From NCBI GenBank assembly GCA_030704615.1, contig CM060731.1:83576001-83640000 (forward strand): 64,000 nt of DNA, written 5' to 3'. Under the pieces are notes generated by a model. It was given only the letters and a program-made list of their open reading frames with translations. It had not been told where the DNA came from and did not search any database. Origin of the DNA: Takakia lepidozioides. Its lineage: Eukaryota; Plantae; Bryophyta. The position numbers and the translations under genes were made by a program. The first letter of the stretch is position 1. Each line of letters begins with the position of its first letter. This document shows positions 24,495 through 36,960 of this stretch, piece after piece.

Positions 24495-25445
24495 AGTTGA
24501 TAATCCAGGTCAAGCAATTGAGATCCATTGCTTGCCCCAACACCTGATGACGTGATGCCTCAGAAAGAAACGACACCGCCGTGGTACGAGTGGTAAAACC
24601 CATTGCTCGCTCACGCTCGTCAGCATTAGGCTCCACTAACTGCTGCAACTGAGCATCCCACAGGAGGCCAGGTCCACTATCCCGGAAAGCATGCGATCCT
24701 GGAAGCTGAGTAGTGTAGGTAATGTTGCTCGTGGTTGACCCACCTTGTTGACCACTGCCAAAGGCGAACGGTCATCGTGTCTCACACGCTGAGACTGCCT
24801 CCCTGTGTCCAAAATGCTATCCACTGTGAGATGTGCTGGCCGCTGCACCCCCATCAAATGCACGCTTGAGCAGTGCGGGTGGCATCAAGTTAGTCCACCA
24901 TAGCCGTGGTGATGAGCCCGTGACCCCACTGTAGCTGCATCTAGCAACACTGCTGACCCAAGCCACGACCGGACTTGATGCACACTGGCCATCACCCTGG
25001 CCTGAGAATCGCCCATCAGTGGCACATTCTCCAAGATGTATGCTGGAGATACAGCTTGATGAAGCTGCAAGTGGCGCAAAACCCGCACCATCTCCCAAAA
25101 CAGACCCGACCTCGAGTCTCGCAATCCATTGCCATGCCCGGCTGATGAATGCCCTTGGCAGGACCAACCTGCCACTACCAGATCAATGGAGCCAACCCGC
25201 TCCAAATCCTACGCCCCCAGCAACGAAATGTCTGCTGGCAAGGCCTGCTGATATCCACGAACTGCAGACACTAGCAACAACTCAGGGTACCGCTGCACCA
25301 ACTAAACAACATGGCAAAGTGAAACACGTCGTGCAGTCTCATCTCTCTCCACATACAGGTAACGCCAAACTCGTATACCTGCCTGTAACACAGCAGCCAA
25401 TCGGGTGTTGATCCCGCCAAACAAGTCCAGAAGACAAATGCCTTC
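24495..25445 (-). pseudogene. C5 cytosine DNA methyltransferase domain inside pol
   Basis: Motif I LLDLFGGI, II YVERD, IV DLVVAGWSCQGHS, V SGLF, VI ILENV, VIII RAH..RLWWTN, IX ERERAMGF, X RHQVLGQAMD, all in canonical order. Confidence 0.88.
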
Positions 25446-25835
25446 ATCCATATACTGCCACACAATAGGTGTGGTATCCAATGGAGACAACTGAGGTGGT
25501 CCTGGTGCAATCCCCGCACTCTCCTCCTCTCCTGACGGTACAAAAGCCTCCACCCAGGCTTGTTGCACCCGTCGATTAGCATCCCGCTGCAAATCCTTGC
25601 TCGTGCCCCACAATGGAGTCTGAGCAACCATGGTAGGCAACTACGCCATACCATACATGTCATCCTGCTCTCCCGGAGGTGGCACATCCTCTGAATGAGC
25701 GTTGCCCTCAAGCAACTCTCTAGGCCAACTCACTGCCGCTGTGAATGTTGCTAGTGTTGGCATCTTGCCTCGCTGGGCAACCGCAACTCCTCTTATGAAC
25801 GTCACAGGGAGCTGCACACGCCGGCCCTCCCCTGA

Positions 25836-28230
25836 CTACCATGCAGGCCTATAAGAAGCTGACCCCTCCCAAAAATCCAGGGTGAAGCCCATGGGGTACA
25901 ACACTGCCCCACCAACCAAGACATTGTATGAGACCGTGTCTGTCACAATGGCCTTGGCTCGCATCACTGAGCCATTTGTAGGGTGATCCGGCCGTAGTCT
26001 GATAGCCAACTCACGCCGTGTCATGCCCTGAGCCTGCTCCGATCCTCCCAGAGACGTCTGTATCTGGAAAGGACAAGGCTCCATATCCGCCTCCGTGAGG
26101 CCAAGCTGTAATAGCAGCTCTGCCCAGCATCAATGGCTAGCAGCTCTCATCAATGGCTGAGCTCCCGAACAAGACCCGTAGTGGCCGGTACCTCTTGTCT
26201 GCCGGTCCACTCAAACAGAAAATGCCATCCTGGTTGTCTAACATGACAACTCCAGGTGTAACCATGGCGCGCTCAATGGCTGGCCTAGCTGGCAGCTCCA
26301 TCAACCTGGCAGCTAAAGCTTGCCATGGCGCCACCGTGGCAGTCTTGACCCTCAAATCCGAGGATCCCTCCGGCACTACACCTCCCACTATCTCCGTAGA
26401 AGATGAATTAACCTCCCCACTCTCATAGAGTGTAGCTGCCAGCCTGAACACCTCAGCTGGTCTTACCCCCGACGTCGCAATCATGGTAGCCGAGAACAAT
26501 GGAGCCTGACACACAGATGTGGCCGCTCCCAGCAGCACACTAGCTGTCGTAGCCTTGGCAATACTAGGTAGTGGTGTTACCCGTGTAGCTCTCCCCAATG
26601 GCGTAGTAACCTCCGCCTCGGTAACAGTCGGGCGAGAACTAGGTGCCATGGATGGCGTCGACACTGTCTCCGCCAATGTGAATGACTGAGGGAGCCTAGC
26701 CTGACAGCTTGCCTCTCCACGCTGTGGATCCAACTCCACCTCTGCACCTCGTGGCTCAGGAACTCGTGCTGCTCCTCGAGTCACGGCTGCAACAGACTCC
26801 ACCTGCACTAGTGGTAGTGCTGCTCCGCACATGAATCCCATGCCTCCCATATCTCCTCCCTCAGGAGCAGGAGGTGGACCATCCGGCCTTGGAGCCGGTA
26901 CCACCTGAGCTGTAGCCATGGCAGCGAGCCTCTGCTCTAGCTGCTGAAGCCGGTTGGCCATGCCTTGGTCAACACCCTGACCTCCGCGTCCTTGGCCATG
27001 TTGAGCTTGCCCTTGGCCTACACCCCGTGCCTGGCCACCTCGTCCTCTTTGGGCTGCTCCCCCTCGCCCCCGGCCACCATTGTTTCCTTGGAACTGGCCT
27101 GGGCACAACTCGGGATGCAAACCATAACACTGGGCCTCTCCATGCCCGTGCTTGCCACAATGCCCACACTGCAACTGTGCAGGCTGTGCATGTGCCAGCC
27201 CTTTGCCTCCCTCTGGAGAATCCTTCTTGACGTGGGGTCCTCCACATGTCCAACACACCACACCCGCCCGTTGTTGGCCTGCAAATGAAGGGAGAGACCC
27301 CTGCATCTGAGGTCCTCTCTGCCCTTCCCTGAGCTTCACCTGAGCCCCCTTGTTGCCTTGAGCACGTTGAGGTAGTGGTTGGCTAGGAGCACCACTACCC
27401 CGTGGTGTCTCCTTAGCAAATCCCACCATGACCACTCGTTCCTCCACCATGTTGAGCTCTATCCGCTCTGCCAGCAAAAACACATTTGCTAAGGTGGGTT
27501 GGGCCGCGTGTAGGAGAGTTGCATCCCGCACCCTTCTCCTCAGCTCCTTGTCCAATATCTCATACCAGAATTGGACTGCCTGAGCTTCCGTAACCCCTTG
27601 GGTTACATTTATCAAGCGCCTCATGCGAGTGAAAGCCTCCCTCAAGCTCTCAGTAGGCTTCCGTTGGAACTCTTGCAAGCTCCGCAATTTCTCTGTCCTC
27701 ACCCCTTGGTAGTTCCCTCTCAACTCTTTGAAGAACTACACAACAGGGTTGAAGGCAGGCACGGGTACTGGTGCTGGTGCGGTAGTGGCTTGGGTGGACG
27801 TCGTAGCTATGGTACCACCAGTCCTACTAGTCCCACTGCTGCTTGCTGAAGCTGCCAGTGCAGCGGCAGGTGTAGCCACTGCCCTCGTGACTCTAGTGCC
27901 CCTAGTGATGGAGACATAGTCGGGTGACCAATACATCCTCCACTCCTCGATCTCAACCTCATGCCCCCGCCTGAACTCATGGTAATCATCCATAGGCGGC
28001 CCCTCAAGGTGCTGAAACAGCCCCTTCCATGCCATGAAAGGCGTAAATAGTTGTGGATTGCGCATTTGCTGCAAATCACACCAACTATCAATTTCTTGGA
28101 TAAAATCATCCAACTCGATGGTGCCCACCGCCCAGAGTACCTTTGTGGCCCCTTGGTAGCTCCATACATCTCCTCCATTGTGTCCCACAACAATGGCAAG
28201 GAAACAACTTGCACCGCCGGTATGAGTCAT
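25836..28230 (-). pseudogene. gag: gag with two Zn knuckles, plus aspartic protease remnant
   Basis: FQRKPTESLREAFTR; CWTCGGPH and CGHCGKHGHGEAQC; RVLFGSSAQP (degenerate DSG) and VLVGGAVL. One in-frame stop at ~27736. Confidence 0.8.
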
Positions 28231-29029
28231 CCTGATTCACAATCCGAATCAGAACCTTCCGTAGAAGACACAGGAGGTGAAGGTGGCCTAAACCGCACAC
28301 CTCGTCTCGTGTACCCACTAGTATCGCTAGTGCTCGAACCGGCACTATCCCCAGCAACTAGTGGCACCTCCGTGTTGACACTCAACCGGTCATGAACATG
28401 TCCCTAACCCCCTCTCCACAAGGTAACCGGATAGAGAACCTGTTGCGGCATATGGTTTGGAATACTAAGTTCCTAACATAGCCTACACTTGTACCTGCAT
28501 CCACCGCAAGCACTCCTATGGTTGGCTGGTCATCACCTCCAACCTCACCACAAGAGAAACAATGATGGTCTGGCTGGTCATCACCCCAGCCTCATCATCG
28601 ACAGCATGCTCTAGGACTGATCGGTGATCAAATCCGGACCAATCACCTATAAAAACAAGCGCCCACACAAAACTAGCATGATGCACAGTCAAGCATGCAG
28701 GTATGGAGGGGATCCAAACACAAGAAATCAGAACGACAACTCCCCCACACCAAAAACAACTCTACGGTGACACCCCAGCCCAAACCCGGACTGACTCTTG
28801 CATCCACCTACGGAAAGGTCTTGGCCTAATGAGAGGGTGGAAACTACGAGGAAGAGAAGCTAAAGCAATGCCTAACCCCAGCATGCCCTCATCCAAACAC
28901 TCTTCCTCTCCTCTCTTCCCTCACTTGCATGACCATGGGAATATCATGAAGATGTTCCTCAAACCGCCCTCCACGAGCTTCAAAATTCGGCCTTCAAGAC
29001 CACATGTCAGTCCTTAGGCAGTCCACCAG

Positions 29030-29645
29030 TGCCTCCACGAGTCAGCACAGGCCGTCCACAGGTCAACACGGGCCACCACAGACCAGCACAGGCCCACACA
29101 GGTCACTGGTCACAGCCGTCACAGCCCCACACAGGCCACAGCCTGTCACAGCCTTACACAGGTCACAGGGTCACAGGCCGCAGCCTGTCACAGCCCATCA
29201 TAGCCCCAAAGGCCACATGTCACAGCCTATCACAGCCCCCACAGCCACAGGTCACAGCCTGTCACAGCCCATCACAACCCCAAAGGCCATAGGCACAGCC
29301 TGTCACTGCCCTACAAAGGTCACAGGGTCACAGCCCCAAATGCCACAGCCTCTCACAGCCCCTCACAGCCCCATAGGCCACAGGGCACAGCCCCTCATAG
29401 CCCCTCACAGCCCCACAGGCCACAGCTTGTCCCAGCCTGCCACAGCCTGTCACAGCCCTACACAGGTCACAGGGGTCACAGCCCCAAAGGCCACAGCCCG
29501 TCACAGCCCCACAGGGCACAGCCTGTCACAGCCCGCCACAGCCCATCACAGCCCATCACAGCCTGTCACAGCTCGCCACAACTTGTCACAGCCCCTCACA
29601 GCCCATCACAGCGTATCTCAGCCCGTCACAGCCCCACAGGCCATT
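29030..29645. repeat. Degenerate CACAGCC/GTCACAG minisatellite in the gypsy leader
   Basis: Dozens of cacag(c/g)c units. Confidence 0.85.
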
Positions 29646-30094
29646 CATGACAGTTTAGCCATTTCTCCAAGGGGTTTAGCCATGCCAAGCTAGGGTTTGT
29701 GTCTCTTGGACTCTAGGCTTCTTTACACCGAGCTATGGCGGCTGTGAAGAAATCAGCAAGGTATTCTTGCTCTTTCGGCTCCCACACACCACCAATAGTA
29801 GCCCTAAGCCATGAGGAAGATGGTTGCCACAAACCAAGCCTTCTTTCTCACTTAGACTCCCCAAACACGCCACTAAACTCAATGGCAAACAACCAAGCCT
29901 TGCTGGTTTCCAGCCCTTGTGAGCACTCATTCAAGCATTTTCCTTGGCCATAGCATCTGTCTTAGAGCCTATTCCAGCCCCCTACACCTGCCACTTCAAG
30001 AGCCATGCTCTATCTAGGCTTGAGGTTGAAACCCCGCCTCACATATGCCCTACAAGTGCTTTTCTTTCACCCAAGTGGGAACCAGCCCTAGCCC

Positions 30095-30500
30095 TTCCAT
30101 TCTAGCTCTCTAAAGCTTGAAAACAAAAGCCCAATGGACTGAAGGCATGCTCCACACATGCCCCACTCTCACCACAAGAGAATCAGCCCCTTTGCTTCCT
30201 TTCTTGCACCCACCAACTTGAAAATACACGCTTCAGCGGGCTGGAAGCATGCTCCACACATGCTCTACAGGGAAACCAGCCCCTTTCTTCTTTTCTTGCA
30301 CTCCCAAACCTGAAAGTACAAGCCTTCAACAGGCTGAAAGCATGCTCCACACATGCATTGCTCTCACATAAGGGAAGTCAGCCCTTCCCTCTTCCTTGCT
30401 TGCCCTCCAACTTGAAGATGGAAGCTTCAATGAGCTGAATACATGCTCCACACATGCAACCTCTTCACACAAGAGGTATCAGGCCCCTATCTTGGCTCCT
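30095..30500. repeat. Four diverged ~95-100-bp repeats with core CATGCTCCACACATGC
   Basis: Core at ~30147, 30249, 30341 and 30443. Confidence 0.75.
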
Positions 30501-31306
30501 TGGCTCATTGATGTTCTCTAAGACAAGACTAAGCACTCCACAGCCTTTGCCAAGCTCCTGAAACCCTAAGGCTTACATTTCCAGCCATAAGACACTCCTC
30601 TTGTTGGGCAAGAGCTCTTTTTTCAAGCTCTGAAACCCTAGGTGCACATTCCATTGTCTTGCCGCACCTCTTAGCTCCTGTTCCAGCCCTGCTCTTGCCA
30701 TGACAAGAGCCCTCTCAATGCTGAAGCTCGAGATTGAAACCCAATCTCAACATACTCCACAAAGTGTACTGCAACATGGTGCTTTCATCTCTGAAGCTGA
30801 AGATCGAATGCCAAGGTCTACCACCTCGTAACCCACATCGCCTCCGCTTCTACCAACTAAGAGCTCCACGGTGCTCCTTGCATAACAACCTAGTTTCTCT
30901 CATTCTCAAGCAAAAACCACAAGTGCTACAACTAACTCGTATCTGGCACTCACAGATACGAGCTGATCTTTCTCGAGTGATAAAGAAGAAGAATACAAGC
31001 ACAAGCTCATGCGAACTCACAAAGCTGAAGCATAAACTCATGCATATATAAACTCATCACTCAAATACAAGTCAAGCCAAGTGCACCCCACGCCATGGGA
31101 AATCCACACTACGGCGCCATAGCTAGGCGCGGTGAGGCTCAACTCGAGAAAGATGAGCCCACCGCGATCTGCCGTGAAGATAACAACGTCAGGTGCCCAA
31201 ACATGTATTGGCCCCTGGATTGACACTTGGGTCAATCCCAAATATCAATATATAAAAGCTAGCTATTTCCTAGCTAACTTCACACTAGTGGTAAAATAAC
31301 TTGACA

Positions 31307-31550
31307 CTTTCCATCAAACTCCCACAAGACGATTAGCACCGGCTCTATCATATAAACAAAGTTTTCACATTTCTTCCAGAAATCATCGTTGCGAATGGTG
31401 TTCCGAACCTTTCGACTTTTGCCCAATGACTCGGCTTTTCTCGAGTCCGGCAACGTCCGTGTGTATGCCTCCCATTGAGGATCGATGATGGTGTGCTCGA
31501 GACTGCTCTTCACCGTCACCAACCGATCCACCATCAAGAAGTTAATGGCA
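31307..31550 (-). pseudogene. hAT-type transposase fragment
   Basis: NFLMVDRL..K..L..W..KVRNTIRNDDFWKKC..IEPVLIVLWEFDGK resembles the plant hAT/DUF659 downstream region. Confidence 0.55.
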
Positions 31551-31798
31551 TTTCCTATCCATGTTGATATATTTTAAACTCCAGGCATTCCTGTAAGCGT
31601 ACCACATCATAATTTATATCCTCATTCAGATTTGCATGGGTATTTTGAGTGGAGGGTTGACTAAGACTAGAAAACGGACTATTCGAACTACCTAATGTCC
31701 AACCTTCCAACATTTGGATGTATCTATCATTTTCCCCCATAATCCAAGCTTTATTAAGCCATACACAACAACATCCCTGACCACAAGAATTTAGTAGG

Positions 31799-31804
<6 letters not shown>

Positions 31805-31845
<41 letters not shown>
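31805..31845. repeat. (CT)n microsatellite
   Basis: ~20 CT units. Confidence 0.95.
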
Positions 31846-31847
<2 letters not shown>

Positions 31848-32329
31848 GGTCCTCACATGAAGTTTCTTCTCTCAAAATCTTCTCTCACCCCCGTACCCCG
31901 CTCTCCCCACCTCTCCCCCCTCAAAAGAATCACATTTAGCAAAACGACAACCTACCCTCAGAAATGTTGAAAATATCTAGAAGACTAAAAAGACTACCGT
32001 TGAACTCCACTAGAATGTGAATGGACACCATCATAGGAAGTGGAAGTGAATGGACACCATCGTAGGAAGTGGAAGTGACTAAATAGATCATGGAGATCTA
32101 TTCATCCATACATCAGTTCATCCATCCCAATCTCCACTGGTCGTTCGAGGTTCTAGTTATTCTCAATATTGTCCACTCTTACATCTTTTCAGGAAGATTC
32201 ATTTACATTTTGAATATTTTCATTATATTGGTTTCCTTCTATCTTCTGGAAGTAATTGTCGCTTTCATCACTGCTCCCAGATTCGTCGATACAACAGAAA
32301 CCTCTAATGGCCAGTCGAGGTTACTAAAC

Positions 32330-32650
32330 ATGTCATCTCTTGAGATTGGTCAAAGAGTTTTCCTTTCGATCCCGGGATCGAACATTATTGTTGCCACTAC
32401 AGAATGTCTAATTATTGTTGGACGTGGTACCTATCATGGACGTCAGTTGACTGAGTCCACAATATCTATTATCATTGTCTCTTGTAATGGCACACATTCA
32501 TCGATTCCATTGCCATATTCCCTTATGGCCGATGCGGACATCTTGGGAGATTCAATTGGGACACCTATTGTCTGGTATATTGATCGAATTCAATACACAA
32601 TGCAAAATGGAGGTGAGCTCAGAGGGCGAGATCTACACCATGGAGAATAA
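32330..32650 (+). pseudogene. Tnp1/En-Spm-accessory-like domain fragment
   Basis: VA..G.YHGRQL..I.V..LPY..LGDSIG..IVW pattern, recognised by eye only. Confidence 0.4.
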
Positions 32651-33274
32651 AAAAGAATCGTGTGAAGATGACTCTGAAGGAAACAAGGACTCCGGAAATT
32701 CCACGTTCTTGAAGGAGCCCAAACCAAAAACCTAATGCGTCTGCTACTTGGAAATAATAAAAATGTGAAGAATTCAAGCTTGCATCACTAATGAGGTCAT
32801 ACTATGTGAGAAGTTGGGGAAGGATCATGTTAGGGTGCTGGTTACCATGATCTTGATCGGAGGATTGAGCACTCTGATGTCTCTCGTCAAGTGGCCATTG
32901 ACACGCACACGTCTAGTAGAAAGTGGAAGGATTCTATCAGATGAGCTGGAAACCTACTTCAACTCAATGACAGATAGAGAATTTGATAATAATGAGAAAG
33001 ATGTGAAGAAAGCTGCATACTGTCATTTCAACAGACCGAAGAAAGATCCAAAGATTGATGACTCCAAAACATATCTATCTCTAGGCGTCACTGACTGTGG
33101 CCAACCATTCTAGGGGTTTATGGTCGGTTCTTACCGTGAATGGTGTACCATGTAGAGATATTGTCGGAAGTGCAGGATGCCCCACACCAGTGTGTAGCAC
33201 TCGCCCTCCATGGGGTGATATCTTTTCTGAACATCTGTCAATGCATTGCTATGACGTGTTCTTTACGATGATCC

Positions 33275-33430
33275 TTTTGTGATAGTATTGCCCCTACCCC
33301 TTTGGTGCTCCAATCCACATCAAGTATAAAGGGTTTAGTGAAATCGGGCCTTACTAGAATAGGTGCGTTCTGCAGCTTGAGGATTAATGCCTCAAAGGCA
33401 TTCTGTGCTTCTGCGTTCCATTGGAATGTT
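33275..33430 (-). pseudogene. Isolated gypsy RT-connection/RNase H fragment
   Basis: Minus strand reads FQWNAEAQNAFEAL..APILVRPDFTKPFILDVDWSTKGVGAILSQK. Confidence 0.8.
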
Positions 33431-33819
33431 GGCTCAATATATCAATCCCATATAGTCGTTGCAGACTATACGGTACTTGTACCCTGTGGGTGCAAATATT
33501 ATGCAGTAAAAGGAGCATGTACGGATGACGGGTGCAATTGTCGTTGCAGACTATATGGTTTAACTTCATATCATGTCAGTTCTGCATATTCGGTAATGTA
33601 TAAAAGCGTTGAGTGGAAACCGTTCAACTTAAACTTATGACGTGCTCATGTGAGCGGAGGATCATGCGAGTAACGCACTTGGTAGAAATATAGCCTAACG
33701 AATGCAACACGTTCCAGAGATGTAATGCTCTGGTCGGTGCCGACTACGACACTAGGTTCACTCACGTGAGCGGCATCACAGAAGTGCATATAGAGTGTTT
33801 GGAGAAACCGAAGACTTAC

Positions 33820-36082
33820 ATTGCGAACATATGCTCCCAATTGGTAGTATCAATATGTCCACCACGTCAGCCAGCTTTCCAGCGCATGAACGTCATCGTC
33901 TCGCACAGCACCGGAGGAGGACCACCAAGCACGGATCGCCACAAACGAAACCTCTGCTTCCGCCTCAGAATTTGCTGCTCTCCATTTCGTACACAGCTGT
34001 ATATGTGCTTTTTGAAGGTCCTGCAATATATACTTTTTCGTCCATTTGTCCAAGCTCTGGCCCCAATGGAAGCCACATGTCCTTTCTCGATTGGGCATAG
34101 GTTCCCCTCCGCCATACACCATACGCACAGCAGCCCAGTTGGCATTTGCATTGTTGGCCATGAATCCTCGGAAATGTGGTTGGCCCTTCCCTGCTCTTTG
34201 CATTTGATCGTTGATGCACTCCCACATAATCACTTGTGATGCGTATCCCCCGATTTCATTTCACAAATTGTGATTGTCATAATCTTCCGGTAATTCGAAT
34301 GGTACATGTGACAGGCCATTGTGCTCCAACCGTGTATTTGTTTGACGTTGTCGAACATAATCCAACTCGACCCCAACTCACCACCGACCCGCATCATGTC
34401 CACCAAATGGACTCCATAGCCTTTACCAACAGTTGACATCTTGAAGACAAAGCATCTCTCGTCCACATTCCCTTGACCTGGAAAACGGCTCCCCTGGATA
34501 TAGTCGTACCCGCTCTAACTTTTCATTGTCATTAACGCTTCCACATCACTCCCAACCCCATTGCCGCTTTTGTCTTCTGTGTCTCGTAACGAACACCACA
34601 TCTGCTCACTGCACCCACTTCTTCCATGAGCTCCTCGAATTGCTCATCAGATAGCTTCCAACTCTCCGTTGCACCAGGAGATGACGATAGATTCAGCAAC
34701 AGATAGCTGAACTGATTTGGGCTTGGCTGAGGGTGACCTTTGGATCTCTTCTGCAATGGCACTTTTTGCCTTTGCTGCTGCTTCCCGACACAGCCCTGGT
34801 GCAGAGGGGTGTGAGTGGTTCCCAACATGGACGGCTGCCCTTGTCATTGTTGGTGGACCAAGGACGTAAAACATTTTCGTGGGGCAAATGTGCATGCACG
34901 TGGGTGCATGATTGCACACTGCGCATACAAAGGTGTTTGGCTCTGTGGCTTGAACTGTACCTCGGAGTGCCCCAACCAGTGCATCTCATTGTGTGCTCCC
35001 TCCCTGACAAAGAATGGGCGCGTTCCCCGGACGCACCTCAACGCTCCAACACAGTAAACATATCTGCTATGTGAAAGTTGGTTAGTACTCGACTACGATC
35101 GTGGCACTACGTGGACAAACAATGTAAGTCTACACCGACTACAAAAAGTCGTATGACAATGTCTACTACTGGAAATGGAAACATCACCTCACAACACCAC
35201 CTTTTGAACCAATGAGCGGGAGCTTTATGTTGGTTGTTTTTGTGACCGTCCATGGATTCCCGTCGTACTTGCGGTCCATGCTCTCAAGCTGCCCAGCTGG
35301 AGATGTGTTCGATGTGGGCGGCAGCTCATACAAACATCACCGTCGACGATCCTTGGCAAACATTTCACCTTCCTCGCTTCAAAGTTTTCAAAATTTATCC
35401 TTCCAAGCTGCGATTTGGAGTCTAGGTGCAGAAGCTTCAGCACATCCAGTATAGATTGAGCGGGCTGTGCGAATTTAGCGTTGTTGCCCATAAACTCCCC
35501 TCGGCGCAATTTCTGTGGAGGTGAAGCAGATTTTCCCGGAGTGTTCTCCCGCCTTCCACTACTGGATCTAATAACTACACATTCATCGTTGTTGCCACTA
35601 GAAAGCTCAATGCTCTCAGTTTTCACCACATTAGCACCACAGACGGAAGCCAGAGTAGGATGCTTATGAGTGGTCGATAGCCTGTCTGTCGTAGCTCGGA
35701 CACCAAATACTTTGTATACGACCTCACATGTAAATGGCAGAACCCATGACTTGTTCCCGGCGTCTCGAACTGGATCCAAGATGCGGGTTTCGGTGACGCC
35801 CCCTTCACTGACGTCCACCTCCTCAACAACAAGAGAGAGAGAGGGTCCAGATTAAACCTTCCAAGTATTACTTTGTCAAGCAGGAACACCTGGTCTCCCT
35901 GTGCCTTCACCTTCACAAGATCGGAGGACGGTGGACATTGCAGCCTCACGAACCATTCCATGTTCGGCTGCTTCAAGCCTGTGTCGTTGTCTGGGACTCC
36001 GACGTACAAAGTGGAGTACTTTGCCGAATGTACCCAGCGTATGAGCACTGGGGCAGACGAGGAGCACATGAGCTGCATGCAA
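33820..36082 (-). pseudogene. Mutator-like transposase of element D, truncated before the catalytic Glu
   Basis: CFVFKMSTVG, WIMFDNVK, TMACH, FMANNANANW, CGFHW, IRAWWSSSGA; GCM-like RAAVHVGNHSHP. Several frameshifts. Confidence 0.85.
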
Positions 36083-36269
36083 CGCAGTTTACGATTTACT
36101 AACGAACTATACGTCAACAACGGTAAGAAATAAATGCAAAAGAAATATTTAATGGATGTTAGGTCGGATGAAAACCGTCTGCATAACAACAGGCGGCGGC
36201 ACGTTAAGCTGGCAACGGCCATTTTGAAACAACCATTAACCTCCTCTTCATCTGAATTTGTTCTACGCG

Positions 36270-36960
36270 ACAGGGGGATGTCGTTGCCGACCACGCCTAT
36301 TTGAAAGGCATAAACATTGTGAAATAGCTAGTGGGATAGGTTTTCTTCCGTAGTCGGTACCGACTTCATACAGTTGAAATAAATTCCGGCGACGGATCAG
36401 GCAGATTTGCATAGAATTGGAAGACGAATCGGAGTAGTCGTTGGCGACTATACCAGTTATTGTTGAAGTCGGCCAACAGATCTGCCAAGGTCATTGGAGA
36501 TGTTCATTTCATGTGGCTTTTTTGGCAAATTGGCTTGCGAACGGAATAGTTGGCAACGACTATTGTTTAAATCGGCAAGCGCTTTCCATTAATGCACTGT
36601 AGTCGCTGCCGACTTCCTTACGAACGCACAAATTTTCCTTCCAATTGATTTTTTGGCTTAAATGTGCTTGTAGTCAGGACCGACCTTCAATTTTCCTTCA
36701 ATGTGCACATTCGATTTGAAATATTGGAAGATATTGGGATGAAATTAAAAGCATTTCCCGCATTATGAGGGTGTAGTCGGCGCCGACTACGGAAATTGGC
36801 GCATGTTGTGGCGGATTGCGCCGCATGGAGGCAGTCAATGAAATCCAAGTCGGCACCGACCTTATGGAATTATTGAAATTCGTAGAAATTTACAGAGTTA
36901 TAGACAGTGAACACATCCTCTTCAAAGGCATTATAGTGTATGGTCGGCGCCGACCAATTC
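36270..36960. repeat. Dispersed palindromes, consensus GTAGTCG-N4-CGACTAC, upstream of transposase D
   Basis: Cores at 36282, 36355, 36439, 36551, 36604, 36675, 36778, 36851 and 36945. Further copies lie in the intron near 33455 and 33735. Confidence 0.8.

Larger units (their letters stand above)
22053..31306 (-). mobile_element. Ty3/gypsy LTR retrotransposon carrying a C5 DNA methyltransferase domain; degenerate, 3'-truncated
   Basis: Domain order gag-protease-DNMT-RT-RNase H-integrase with a long 5' leader. The 5' boundary is tentative: a candidate short LTR TGTCAAG...CAATACA at 31306-31204 interrupts a hAT fragment. Confidence 0.8.

Noticed and set aside
29004-29693. 229-aa S/P/T/H-rich ORF
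   Set aside because: A by-product of the CACAG minisatellite, antisense to the retroelement.
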